From: Octopus sinensis
Taxonomy: Eukaryota
DNA length: 64,000 nucleotides
NCBI RefSeq assembly: GCF_006345805.1
Contig: NC_043007.1
Span: 38,006,001 to 38,070,000, forward strand
Direction of reading: 5' to 3'
Part shown: positions 52,319 through 64,000 of the stretch, piece by piece
Position numbering within the stretch: position 1 is the stretch's first letter
Layout: each line of letters begins with the position of its first letter
Notes under the pieces: model-generated
What the model was told of the DNA's origin: nothing
Database searches by the model: none
What the model saw: only the letters and a program-made list of their open reading frames with translations
Made by a program: the position numbers and the translations under genes

Positions 52319-52785
52319 TGCATGTGTATATATATGTATGTATGTATGCATGTGTGTATGTATGTATGTATGTATGTATGTATGTATGTATGCATGTGTG
52401 TATGTATGTATGCATGTGTGTATGTATGTATGTATGTATGTATGCATGTGTGTATGTATGTACGCATGTGTGTATATATGTATGTATGTATGCATGTGTG
52501 TATGTATGAACGTATGTATGTATATACGTACATATGTATGTATGTAAGTATGTGTGTGTATGTATGTGTGTATGTATGCATGTGTGCGTGTATGTATGTA
52601 TGTACGTATGTATGTACGTATGTATGTGTGTATGTATGTATGTATGTATGTATGTATGTATGTATGTATATACGTACATATGTACGTATGTATGTGTGTA
52701 TGTATGTATGTATGTATGTATGTATGTATGTATGTATATACGTACATATGTATGTATGTATGTATTTATGTATGTATGTATGCTT
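51205..52785. repeat. (TATG)n-rich block of about 1.6 kb containing a tandem duplication
   Basis: The roughly 245-bp segment 51420-51666 is repeated at 51860-52106. Confidence 0.95.
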
Positions 52786-53045
52786 GGGGGAGGTGTCTTA
52801 GGTTTTGCGTCGCACATCATTAGACAACACGTCCCCACCCATTTCAGTCACGAAACAACCATTAGTTACTTTAGTACCCCAACAATGAAGCCGAAACATT
52901 TGTTTTTTAAACATTAATACTAACCCTTATTCTATGTGTTTTTCTTTTTCCCCCATTATATTTTTCAATGGTACGCGCAAGATATTTATGACGTCCAGAC
53001 TTAAGGAATGTTGTGCTGCGTGCGCGCGCGAGTGTGTGTGTATAA

Positions 53046-53076
<31 letters not shown>

Positions 53077-53103
53077 ATAATATATATTATATATATATAT
53101 AAT

Positions 53104-53135
<32 letters not shown>

Positions 53136-53182
53136 AATTTATATATATATATGTATATATGTGTGTATGTATATATATATAT

Positions 53183-53214
<32 letters not shown>

Positions 53215-53442
53215 CATAGATATATATATATGTATGATATAATGTATATATGTGTGTATAGATATGTATATATGTATATATGTGTGCGCGTGTGTGTGTG
53301 TGTGTGTGTGTGTGCGTGTGTGTGTGTGTATGTGTGTGTGTGTTTGTGTGCGTGCAAGTGCGTGTGTACCATCTGCTTCATACGTCTGTCAGATTTTTTG
53401 AATATATGACCTCTTTAAATGTTGACTTACAGGGAAAGGACC

Positions 53443-53503
<61 letters not shown>

Positions 53504-53949
53504 TGTACTAACCCACCTCCACTGTCAAGATCAGCCAGGATAGTAAACGTGGCCTGACCCTAACTATCCAAGCAGTAAGTTATGTAGTAACAATGTCATA
53601 GCACAGACGTCATGAGTGAGTGGCTAGCATATCTGACATAGAAGGCGTTTTGTTATCAACTGATTTACAATGTCTATTATGCAATACAATCTAGCAGCAC
53701 TACTGACGTTTCTCATCTTTCACTGAAACATATAACCTTTCATTGCATGTATGTTTGTATGTATGTGTATGTGTTGAACCAGTATTTCCTTGGATACAAC
53801 CATCCCTTCACGTGGGGTTAACATATCTTCTAATTAAATTTATATATATATATATTTGTATGATGCATGAGAATATACTTATATATATATTATATATATA
53901 TATATATATATATTATATTATATATATATATAGATATATATTTCTTTAT

Positions 53950-54172
53950 TGCCTACAAAGGGCTAAACATAGAGGGGGAAAAAAGGGCAGACAAAGGGAT
54001 TAAGCCGATTACATCGACCCCAGTGCGTAACTGGTACATTTTTTATCGACCCCCTAAAGGATGAAAGGCAAAGTCGACCTCGGCTGAATTTGAACACAGA
54101 ACGTAGCGGCAGACGAAATACCGCTTAGCATTTCGCCCGGTGCGCTAACGTTTCTGCCAGCTCGCTGCCTTC
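53950..54172 (-). mobile_element. SINE family B
   Basis: Homologous to the 6675 and 9505 copies. Confidence 0.8.
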
Positions 54173-54310
54173 ATATATGTATATGCGTGTGTATGCGTGT
54201 GTGGTGTGTGTACACATATATATACATATATACATACATACATACATACATACATACATACATACATACATACATACATACATACATACATGCATAAATA
54301 CATATATATT

Positions 54311-54872
54311 CTACCCCCACCAAGTCACAGAGGGGAAGACCACCCACCATCACCTCGGCAGTGAAGAAAAGCATCAGAGATCGCTGGAGTGGCTGCACCA
54401 TACCCACCCAGGACTCTGAGAACAACTGTCAGGTGAAAAGAATGATTGCACATGCAATAGGGGCTAGCATAAGAACCACCTTGAAGAACCACATAGTAAA
54501 TTTAACAAAAAACTATGCATGCAGGTTCAAGGTGCAGCCATCGGTGTCGATATAGCTGGAGACGTGGCCGGCTTCTAGAAAACTTAAACAATCTTTAGCG
54601 GATCAACCCACAACTGTTTTGCTTTACTGGAGGTATGTAGATGACATTAATGTTCTAGTTAGGACAAACTCTTTTTTTTAACTGTAATGTAGAAACCGAG
54701 AGGAGAATAATGGAGAAGAGCTAACTCCATCCACCAAATTATCAAGGTAACTATAGATTACCCCACTAGGTACCCTAACAATAGACTCCCTGTCCTTGAT
54801 ACTGAACTTTGGTTAGATACTGTGAACAATAGAGTGCAGCTCCTCCACTCCTATTACATGAAACCCATAGCT
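54311..54872 (+). pseudogene. Penelope-like (Neptune-type) reverse transcriptase fragment
   Basis: Frameshifted KRMIAHAI..LKNHI / QVQGAAIGVDIAGDVA / LYWRYVDDINVLVR (YVDD at 54634-54645) / ANSIHQIIKVTIDYPTRYPNNRLPVLDTELW...YYMKPIA; same family as 31694. Confidence 0.85.
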
Positions 54873-54990
54873 ATTTCCAGTGACCTCGCACAGGACCGTC
54901 GAGTGTGGGCCGCCATGGTCCGTGATGCCGTCAGGACCAGAGAAGAAGCCGGCTCAACCCGCCCAGGGTGAACGCCGTCACAAGTACAAA
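54873..54990 (+). mobile_element. RTE-type LINE 3' end
   Basis: DLAQDRRVWAAMVRDAVRTREEAGSTRPG* followed by a CAAGTA-type tail. Confidence 0.65.
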
Positions 54991-55460
54991 AAAGTAAGTT
55001 ACAGATAAATTCCTCGATTTACATAATATCGAGGTCTCTTTCATTCTTTTGTTGTCTTACCATTAGCAAAATAATCGAATGCTTACATTCGAAGTAAGAT
55101 GTTACTACAGTTAATATCATCCGTTGAAAACCTTTCTTCTTCCCAGAAATCCTTATTGAACATTGTACACTCACTGTACGCGATCGTTTGTCACGCGACT
55201 GATTAAAACTTTGAACGTGAAGTTATTCGCACAGAACGATTGTTGTCATTATTTACTGCACAGAGGTATTTCATGGTTATTGTATTAATAATTCAGTCCA
55301 GTTATTAAAGTATTGACGTTTTTACTAGCGACCCTGTTCGGTAAATATATATATATATGTGTACGTGTGTGTGTGTATTGGTAAAAACAGTAAGATAACA
55401 AAAGAAAGAAAGAGACCTCAATATTATGTAAATAGAGGAAATTTATCTGTAAAATAAACA

Positions 55461-55507
<47 letters not shown>

Positions 55508-55531
55508 ATTATATATATATATATAGTGTGT

Positions 55532-55565
<34 letters not shown>

Positions 55566-55722
55566 TATGTGGTTGTTATTGTGTGTGTTTGTATATATAT
55601 ATATGCATATATATATATATATATATAATATATATATAATATATATATATATTATATATATATATATACATATATATATGCATATATATATATATATATA
55701 TGCATATATATATATACTATAT

Positions 55723-55776
<54 letters not shown>

Positions 55777-55805
55777 TATATGCATATATATATATATATA
55801 TATGC

Positions 55806-55849
<44 letters not shown>

Positions 55850-55870
55850 TGTGACAATTATTCGGTTGCC

Positions 55871-55932
55871 ATAATAAAACTCCGATTTTCGGATGTCGGG
55901 GCGGAAATCCGTACCGGCATCTCTTCAGTTAT
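55871..55932 (-). ncRNA. Type-I hammerhead-like motif, family H3
   Basis: AUAA-CUGAAGA-GAUG...CAUC-CGAAA-AUCGGAGUUUUA-UUAU; partial inverted copy of the stem III region at 55993-56014. Confidence 0.5.
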
Positions 55933-56083
55933 CGAGGCAATCAAAATATGCTATGGAAATGACCGTTAAACAAAGGGAAACTACCATGCAATTGAAAACT
56001 CGGAGTTTTATCATGTTTTATTATGACATATTATATTACAGATAGTTACTGATTTCATCTCTTACAGAAATTTCCTAAATATA

Positions 56084-57656
56084 CAGTAGCGGCCATAATA
56101 TAAGGGTCAGTAAGAACAAGTGTATTAAAATATTTATTATAGAAGATGAGGCTAGATATTTTACACACATTTAGAGATATCTAATATCTATCTTTCGTGA
56201 AAATTTCAAGTGAATAGAATAAATATTTCGTAAATTATGAGAAAATAAACAAATGATCTTGCAAACTGCAACGGCCAAAAGTTAAGGGTCACTTAGAAAA
56301 ATGGAACAAGAACAAAAAAAGAAACCCTTACTATTAATATTTTTGAACATCCATTTCCTGTCAATAACCTCCTGACAGGACTGAATTAATTTCTTGCAAA
56401 GTGATGGAGTAATATTTTCCATTCGTTTTTCAATAATTCCCAGACTTCATTTTGGTTCTTTGGATTTCTCCTTCGCGCTCCATCTCCAATAATCTTCCAA
56501 ACGTTTCCTATAGGGTTGTGATCGGGACTTTGAGGTGACTAGTCCATGAGATTAACCCCTTCATCGCTCAAAAAATCTTTGACTCTCTTCGCAGTGTGAC
56601 AGGGAGCGTTGTCCCGCACGGAGATAGGAGGTTGAACTGACGAGGATCGGGTATGTGGAAGAGCATGCTGTCAAAGAATCTGCTTGTAGATTTCAGCATT
56701 GACAGTCCCTTGTAGGTGAATAAGTGGACCAGAACCAGCAGCAGAGATCACTCCCAATACCGTTACACTGCCTCCTCCATGTTTCACTGCCTTCTTCACA
56801 CATACACGAGACAACCCATTGCCACTTCTTCGTCGGACGTACATTCCGCCATCGGAACGAATCACATTAAACTTCGATTAAGCACTAAAATGAACCTGCG
56901 ACCACTGTTCTTCTGTCCAAACGACATGCTCGTGAGCGAAATTATTCTTCTTGGAGATCAGAGGTTTCTTTGCCGGTGCCCAAGCAAGCAACCCAGAACC
57001 TCGTAACCTCCGAGAAACTGTTTTGTGTGATACGTTGACATCGGAAGTGGAACTAAACTCGCGGGATATCTCTAGCAGTACTCTTAAACCTATCCTTCAG
57101 TGACATTCTAACCATAATACGATCCTGTCTTGGTGAAGTTTTACGAGGTCTACCGGTTTGGGGTTTAGCATCTGTCGATCCTGACGACTTAAAATGAGCT
57201 ATAATTCGTTGCACAACACTTCTAGACCTTCCTACAGTAGTTGTTATCACAGAATTTGATTTGCCCTCTTGGTGAAGGTACACAATCCTTTGTTTTTCAT
57301 CACAGGACACCGGCCGTCTGTCACAAGCCACCACATTGACAGTTGAATGTTCCAATAATGTAAGATCATAAGAAGTAACTGTTAGCCCATTAACAGTCTT
57401 CTAAACAACAAAAACTTCGGTTAGTAGTTCATTTTTTAAAGTCACCCTTAACTTTTAGCCGCTGCAATTTGGAAGATTGTTAATTCCTCATAGCTTACGA
57501 AATATTTATTCTATTCACTTGAAAAATTTCACGAAAGATAGATATTAGATATACCTAAATATGTGTAAAATATCTAGTCTCAACGTGTTCTTAATCTTCT
57601 ATAATAACTATTTCAATACACTTGTTCTAACTGACCCTTATATTATGGCCGCTACT
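56084..57656 (-). pseudogene. Full-length decayed Tc1 transposon with IR/DR-type long inverted repeats
   Basis: Inverted repeats of about 220 bp; HTH ORF 57355-57053 (GRPRKTS); fragments AVKHGGGSV, DNAPCHTAK, SPQSPDHNPIGNVW. Confidence 0.92.
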
Positions 57657-57660
57657 CTCT

Positions 57661-57759
<99 letters not shown>

Positions 57760-58617
57760 CATATATATATATATATTCTTTATTTGTGAATTAAGTCTAC
57801 CATTGGTTTCATGTTAAGAAGAGTAGGAAAATATCCTAATATTTTATTTTTCAAGCCGATCACACGGAGAAAGATATTCGCCTACATTTTGGAAAACAGT
57901 CTCGTTTCGTTCAGGATTTCTCGTAAATTCGCGTAAATGAAACAATGCATCAAGGGACATTACTCTTAAAGGAATTTTGTGAGTCTGTCTCCCTTGGATT
58001 TGTCTTCTTTTTTTTGTATTATTGGTTTGTTTTTGTTCTGGGTATGGTGTTTTTTGTACTTGTGTGTTGAGGTTGTATGTCATTGGGACTTATTCCTTTT
58101 TTGTGGCTTATTTCTTCTTTGTTGTGTGAAGTTTGCGTGCTATGTGTGTTCACGTTTATAAAGGGGCTATCCTAGTTGGGTTGCCCTCGTTTATAGTTAC
58201 CCTCGTTTATAGAGGGGTCTTCTTTAAAGAGTTTGAATGTAAAATATACAGGGAGAGAAGGTTTCATGTTTGTTGATTGTATAATATTTAATTTTTCAGT
58301 AACACAGAGTTCACATTTAGTCAAAATATTTTCGTCACTTTGAGACTGTGACCTGTTCACTAATAAAATTCCGTGCTTTTTGACGAATGACTTGCACAAT
58401 TTTATAGAGATCAAATATTCGTGCTGCACATTAGCTCACTCTCTCCATCAAATCGACGTTGCCTGAACAGGTGCACGGTGTACCACGCGTCAGGTGTCAA
58501 AGCGATTGCAGACCAACGAGAGATGGTGTGTTTCGCTCAAGAATACAACGCACCACCCGGCTAGGAACTGAAACCACGATCGCTAGACGTAAGTGTGTGT
58601 GTATATGTATATATATA

Positions 58618-58639
<22 letters not shown>

Positions 58640-58648
<9 letters not shown>

Positions 58649-59472
58649 AAACTGAAATGCGAAAAGTTTGTTTGTTTGTCTGGTTTTGGCATTGAGAACG
58701 GGTTAAAGGCCACTAGATCCCGTCGGATTGACTCCAAAATTTACAGGGACATGTAAAATGAGGTCACAATGCCAGTGGGCTAGGTTAGAAATCCCCATCT
58801 TAAAAGGTGCCATTGCTAGGGCCAAAAACGCACTTTGACAAGTCTACTCTCATTCTTTTATGTATCTGTCTTCCTCCGTCACTCACTCTCTTTCCTCCCT
58901 TCCCATCACTTTCTAGATATAACGTCGTCTAACTCCCCTTCACTTTCTCTTTATAACGTCCTCAAACGGCGTTCTATATCTCCTCCTCCTCCCCGCCTTC
59001 GACAGCGCTTTCACACACTCTCTCTCTACGTCTGTCTGCATGCATAGACAGAATTATCACCGCCACCACCATCACACAATCATGAGAACAAATATTATGA
59101 ATCAGATATTTATTGGGTTAATTTATATATATGTGTGTGTGTTCTATATATAAATATGTATATATAATGTATATATACAAAGTGTATATATCTGTATTTA
59201 TATATTAAACTTTTTAATACTTTTTGATAGTTATATATATATTTTTTAAATTATAAATATAAATTAATAATTTTAATTTTAAATTTAAATAATTTAAATT
59301 TTTCAATTTTATATTTTATATATTTTGTATATTATATTTTAATTTTTATGTTTTGATTTATGTTTTTCACTGTTTGATTTGCCTAATAGTGGTATTATCT
59401 CTAATTTAATTTATATATATATATATATATAATTTGTATACATTTGTATATATAATGCGTGCACACACACAC

Positions 59473-59523
<51 letters not shown>

Positions 59524-60639
59524 ATGTGTGCATTATGTGGTCGGTTGAGCTGAAAATATGCACACCTATGTTAAAAATGCTGGCAAGTTTGCATGACACC
59601 TATTTTTTTCCTCAAATGAAAAGCGTGACCTCTAGGACAAAATTCTTCATCTTATAAAATGTGGCCCCAGTAGACCCGAATGAAATCAGGTTATATTAAC
59701 CAAAATGTGAAAAGGGGTCTAAATGGGGCTGGAAATGGATTAAAATTTAAAGGAGCGGGTGTTTAGGAATTCTCTGTTACATCAAGCTAAAAAATTTGCG
59801 TCAGCCTTTTAATCGTCAATGTGTTGCCGTCCATGATGAAGAAGTTTTGAATGCTTGCTATGGTGAGTCTACTGTCGTGAGAAAGAATCACTTCAAAACT
59901 TGGTGTTTACGAATTTTCTTTTACATCAAGTTCAAAATTTTACGCCAGCCGTTAAACTGTCAATACGTTGCTGTCCGTCGTTAAGAAATGCCAGCCATGG
60001 TGACTCTGCTATCCTCACATTCTATCCCTTCAAACTTTGGTTTCCAATATATTATTATTTTTATTCAGCTCGTAAGTTCGTCTGTCCCTTTTAAATGTTA
60101 GTGTTTTGCAGACCTTTCCGTTGTCACTGCCTGATATTTATGATTGATCTTTCAAAATATTCTATTTCTCAACTTTCTCAATATCTTTTGTTGTTTATAA
60201 ATGGGAGAGAGATAAAGATAGAGAGTAAAGAAAGCGAGGGAGAGTCCGAGAGAAAAGAAAAGTAAGAGAGTGGGAAAGTGAGAGAGAAAGGAGAGAGAAA
60301 CAAAGAGGGAGAATCATCATCATCATCATCATCATCATCGTTTAACGTCTGTTTTCCGTGCTAGCACGGGTTGGACAGTTTGACCGGGGTCTGGGAAGCC
60401 AGGAGGCTGCACCAGGCTCCAGTCTAATCTGGCAGTGTTTCTACAGGTGGATGCCCTTCCTAACGCCAACCACACCATGAGTGTAGTGGGTGCTTTTTCG
60501 TGCCGCCGGCACAGGTGGTAGTCAAGGCGGCGCTGCAATCGCCCACGTTCGGATGGTGCTTTTTACGTGCTGAAAGGAAGCAACAGAAAGTAACAACCAC
60601 ACTCTTACCCGCGCGTAGAGCGGGTCACCTTTAAGCTAG
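58640..60639 (+). mobile_element. Fragmented Helitron-type element (only the termini are supported)
   Basis: 5' TATATAAAACTGAAATGC; 3' hairpin ACCCGC-GCGTAGA-GCGGGT then CTAG|T. Whether both ends belong to one element is uncertain. Confidence 0.4.
60312..60570 (-). mobile_element. Retroposon with a (TGA)n tail (RTE-related SINE-like)
   Basis: (CAT)n followed by ...GGATGCCCTTCCTAACGCCAACC motif on the plus strand. Confidence 0.55.
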
Positions 60640-60661
60640 TATATATATATATATTATATAT

Positions 60662-60693
<32 letters not shown>

Positions 60694-60821
60694 ATATATA
60701 TACAATAAAAGCAATTAAGATTCAAGTCAATTCTAATGAATTCACTTGAATGCGGTACTTAACTTAGATGCACCAGAAAACTATATGGTGTTAACCATAC
60801 AGTAATGTGGGGTGATTATAA

Positions 60822-61395
60822 ACGAGAAAGAAGCAACAAGAATGGATTAGTTTTTAGTACAATTGTTTCATACAAAGACAGGCTATATTAAAAGTTGCAA
60901 ATATTGCAGCAGATAAAAGTGTCCCGTACTCATCATAACATAGCAGTCTTGTGAAGAGAACAGTAATGTGGTAAATACCTTATCATATAGCATGAAATTA
61001 TACCCACCTCATTGTGGATTAACCATGGATAAATTCATCGTCTGTGAGTATGAAACACCTCCTCATATCTCTGGAAATTTACACCTACACTACGGATTAA
61101 TTCACCTTCTCTGTGAAGCTAATAAGCTTTTTTAAAACCTGTGATAAGACTGTGCATCATCATTAAAGAACTTCGGAAGTCTGTTTACAACCTGAATCTG
61201 CTTTTATTGAAATTATCTCCAATACTTCATGAGTGTAGCCTCACCCACTAAGATGTTTGGAGAACTCATATGTGTTTTAGCTGATGAGTACGGGACACTT
61301 TTATCTGCTGCAATATTTGCAACTTTTAATAAAGCCTGTCTTTGTATGAAACAATTGTACTAAAAACTAATCCATTCTTGTTGCTTCTTTCTCGT
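60822..61395 (+). mobile_element. Penelope-type 3' end with inverted partial terminal repeat
   Basis: 114-bp inverted repeats 60822-60935 / 61282-61395; the right arm ends in (TA)n and contains a hammerhead. Confidence 0.6.
61275..61365 (+). ncRNA. Canonical-core type-I hammerhead ribozyme, family H4
   Basis: UUUUAG-CUGAUGA-GUAC...GUAU-GAAAC-AAUU-GUA-CUAAAA; 6-bp stem I, self-complementary stem III ACAAUUGU, GUA cleavage triplet. Confidence 0.7.
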
Positions 61396-61422
61396 ATATA
61401 TATATATATATATATATACACT

Positions 61423-61463
<41 letters not shown>

Positions 61464-62570
61464 TATATATATTAATATTGATTGGTCCATATGTTCATAC
61501 ATATATACATACGTGCCTTTATACATACATACATACATACATCTTTTTTATTTTACGTCATCCCCAACATAGACATGTAGACTTTATGAATTTCTGTGTG
61601 TGAAAAGGTTGTTCCCGCCTATATTATATTTTTATTTCTATTTAAACCGTATCAAGTTTCAAGTCACTCCTTGCTGTTTTACCGAGAACTGATGTACAGA
61701 CAGTTTGAATATCCAAGTTTGAGCGTGAGCGAACACTGACGTAATCTTGGGAACACTTGTCGCTCATGAAATAACTTGTCAGAGACTGTACAAAGCATTG
61801 ATTAGTTTACATGTCTTTCTTTCCTTTTGTAAATTGGAATGCAATAAAACTGACGAACAAACGACATTACGCTCCGTCGGATGAATGACTACTGTGCTAA
61901 ATTCAATTTCTTTCGATTCTCATCTCCACACTTTTATAATAGTGAATCCTTTTGAATGAGATACAAAACTAAACTCTTTTTATTGTAAACGTGTCTTGCT
62001 CTGAATCGATCCATGTACATTACTTGGCATATATTTTATCGATACCGAAAAATAATAGTTAAAACTTATTGGAACTCAAATTACACAGAGAAGACATGAC
62101 TAAGTATTGATTTAGCTTCAAATGCAAACTTAATTTTGTAATTGAATGCGACATAATCAATTGAATTAATCATTTTAAAGTTGGTATTTATTTATATTAT
62201 CGGCCTGCGAGGGATGAACAGCTTAACCACCATCGGTGTTATTTTTGCATAATAACCACCAAAAGTACTTTTACGTTTCGACCCTACGCTCTTCAACAGA
62301 AAGGAACACAGAAATAAGCAGGAAGAGAAAATGGCGAATGCCGGACAGAGGTGGTCAGACAGGAGAGCTAGGAAGAAGGGGAGATAAAAAAAAGTAGAGT
62401 AGTGGTGATCCCAAACGAAGGTGCGCGTGCGTATGTATGTGAGAGCGTGTATGTGCGTGTGGATAGGGGCTGGTGACCTTGAATTGTGTGCGTGCGTGTA
62501 TGTGTAGGTATGTGGATGATGGTGTTGGTGCTGGGAAGTGGTCAGCATGTGTGATGTGAGCGGTGTGTGT

Positions 62571-63414
62571 GACTTAAGCCGCTCGAGCTGCTCGCAGTAA
62601 ATCTCCTTTGTTATCGTTTGATTTAGGTTTAAAAGTTCAAAGTGGACTGAACCGTTCATCTCCTACCAAACAGATAACAACACTTTACGTGCGTGATAAC
62701 CTTCTTTAGCGTGGGGTACCGGTGTTTCTCCTTTCCCTACCCATTGTCTTCGGCGCTTGACATTTTTATAGAGGACCCATTTCTCGTCGCCAGTCACTAT
62801 TCGGTCCAAAAAAGGTTCATTCGTGAGACGTGACAACAAAGAAGAACACACGTTCAGTTTCTGTGCATGATTAGACTCAAAAATTTGTGAGGAACTCATT
62901 GATCTAATTTGATGACTTTTCCGATAGCACGCATCTGTCGATGAATGGTTGAATGACCAAATCCAAGCTCCTCTGTTAGTTCTTCAACAGTTACGATGGG
63001 ATTTTGTTCCACCAGGGTTTGTAGACATCCTCGTCAAGCTCTAAAGATTTTCCAGGACAAGGCTCGTCTTCTAGGCTGTAGTTTCCGGCTCGGAATTTCT
63101 AGAATCACCGTTGACACTGGCTTAGGCATATTGTCTGATCCCCATATACAGCATTAATATTCCTCGCACTTTCCGTTGCGTTTATTGAACTCGTAAACCA
63201 AAATATGCCGAATATGGTCCTTTGTCACTTTCATTATAGCTTTGTAAAAATAACAGTTAAAATCCAACTGCACTCTTCAAAACCTGCACTAAGAATAATA
63301 TCAAGGTAAAATTACTACCTGCTTTTATAGCAAGTTGATGCGGGTAGTTTATCCCGTCCCCATCCGACTTTTAGTTCATACAATTGAAAAAACTGCATTA
63401 TTTATGGGATGACC

Positions 63415-63417
<3 letters not shown>
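62571..63417 (-). pseudogene. Mariner family 2, 3'-truncated
   Basis: 5' TIR at 63417; peptides FLDRIVTGDEKWVLYKNVKRRRQW and VHFELLNLNQTITKEIYCEQLERLKS. Confidence 0.92.
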
Positions 63418-63469
<52 letters not shown>

Positions 63470-63489
63470 TGCAGAAATGGTTGTGATAT

Positions 63490-64000
63490 AGGTGTAGGAA
63501 TAGCTGTGTGTTAAGAAGCTTGCTTACCAACCACATGGTTCTGGGTCTGTCCCACTGCGTGGCACCTTGGGCAAGTGTCTTCTACTATAGTCTCGGGTCG
63601 ACCAAAGCCTTGTGAGAGAATTTGGTAGACAGAAACAGAAAGAAGCCCGTCGTCCATATTAGTATTTTTTTCTAGTTTCAGCTCAGAGCTGCGGCCATGC
63701 TGATGCACCACCGTTATACACACACACACACACCACACACACACACACACACACACGCACACACATATATGTATATATGTTTGTGTCTGTGTCCCCACCA
63801 CCACCACCACTATCATCACTTGACAATCGATGCTGGTGTGTTTACGTCCCCCGTTACTTAGCGGTTCGGCCAAAGAGAACGATAGAATAGTTACTAGGCT
63901 TACAAAGAATAATTCCTGGTGTCGATTTATTCGACTAAAGGCGGTGCTGCAGCATGGCCGCAGTCAAATGACTGAAACAGATAAAGGAATAAAAGAATAA
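63490..64000 (+). mobile_element. SINE family A with expanded internal microsatellite
   Basis: Full head, internal region with (CA)n and an extra tail fragment, tail ...TGACTGAAACAGATAAAGGAATAAAAGAATAA. Confidence 0.8.

Noticed and set aside
9654-52785. CRISPR-like or regularly spaced arrays
   Set aside because: Only simple repeats and SINEs; no constant repeat with unique spacers, and the context is eukaryotic.
52008-52917. Long ORFs (130-244 aa) of MYVC/HTYI type, and all similar ORFs across the window
   Set aside because: Translations of (TATG)n, (TG)n and (TA)n microsatellites, which lack stop codons in several frames.

Overview
Eukaryotic, repeat-saturated, AT-rich window with a 100-N scaffold gap at 15647-15746. 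The SINE and microsatellite content matches what I recall of Octopus (cephalopod) genomes; this is recognition from memory, not a database search. Nearly all ORFs in the supplied track are microsatellite translations ((TATG)n, (TG)n, (TA)n, (GA)n) and are not genes. Supportable content: four decayed mariner copies from two families, two full-length decayed Tc1 elements (one with IR/DR-type long inverted repeats), Tc1 and hAT MITEs, several Helitron-type non-autonomous elements, many tRNA-derived SINEs, two Penelope-like (Neptune-type) reverse transcriptase fragments and an RTE LINE 3' end. The most interesting signal is a set of short Penelope-type terminal remnants carrying type-I hammerhead ribozyme (HHR) folds from several families: one canonical, one with a fixed A6U change plus an extra A, and one hammerhead-shaped fold with a non-canonical core. 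A second, much more speculative signal is a series of minus-strand splice acceptors, each followed by a short stop-terminated peptide (Cys-string, PDZ-like ends). These could be alternative last exons of an unidentified host gene whose upstream exons I could not find. Several local duplications look like long-read assembly artefacts. No intact protein-coding gene could be named.
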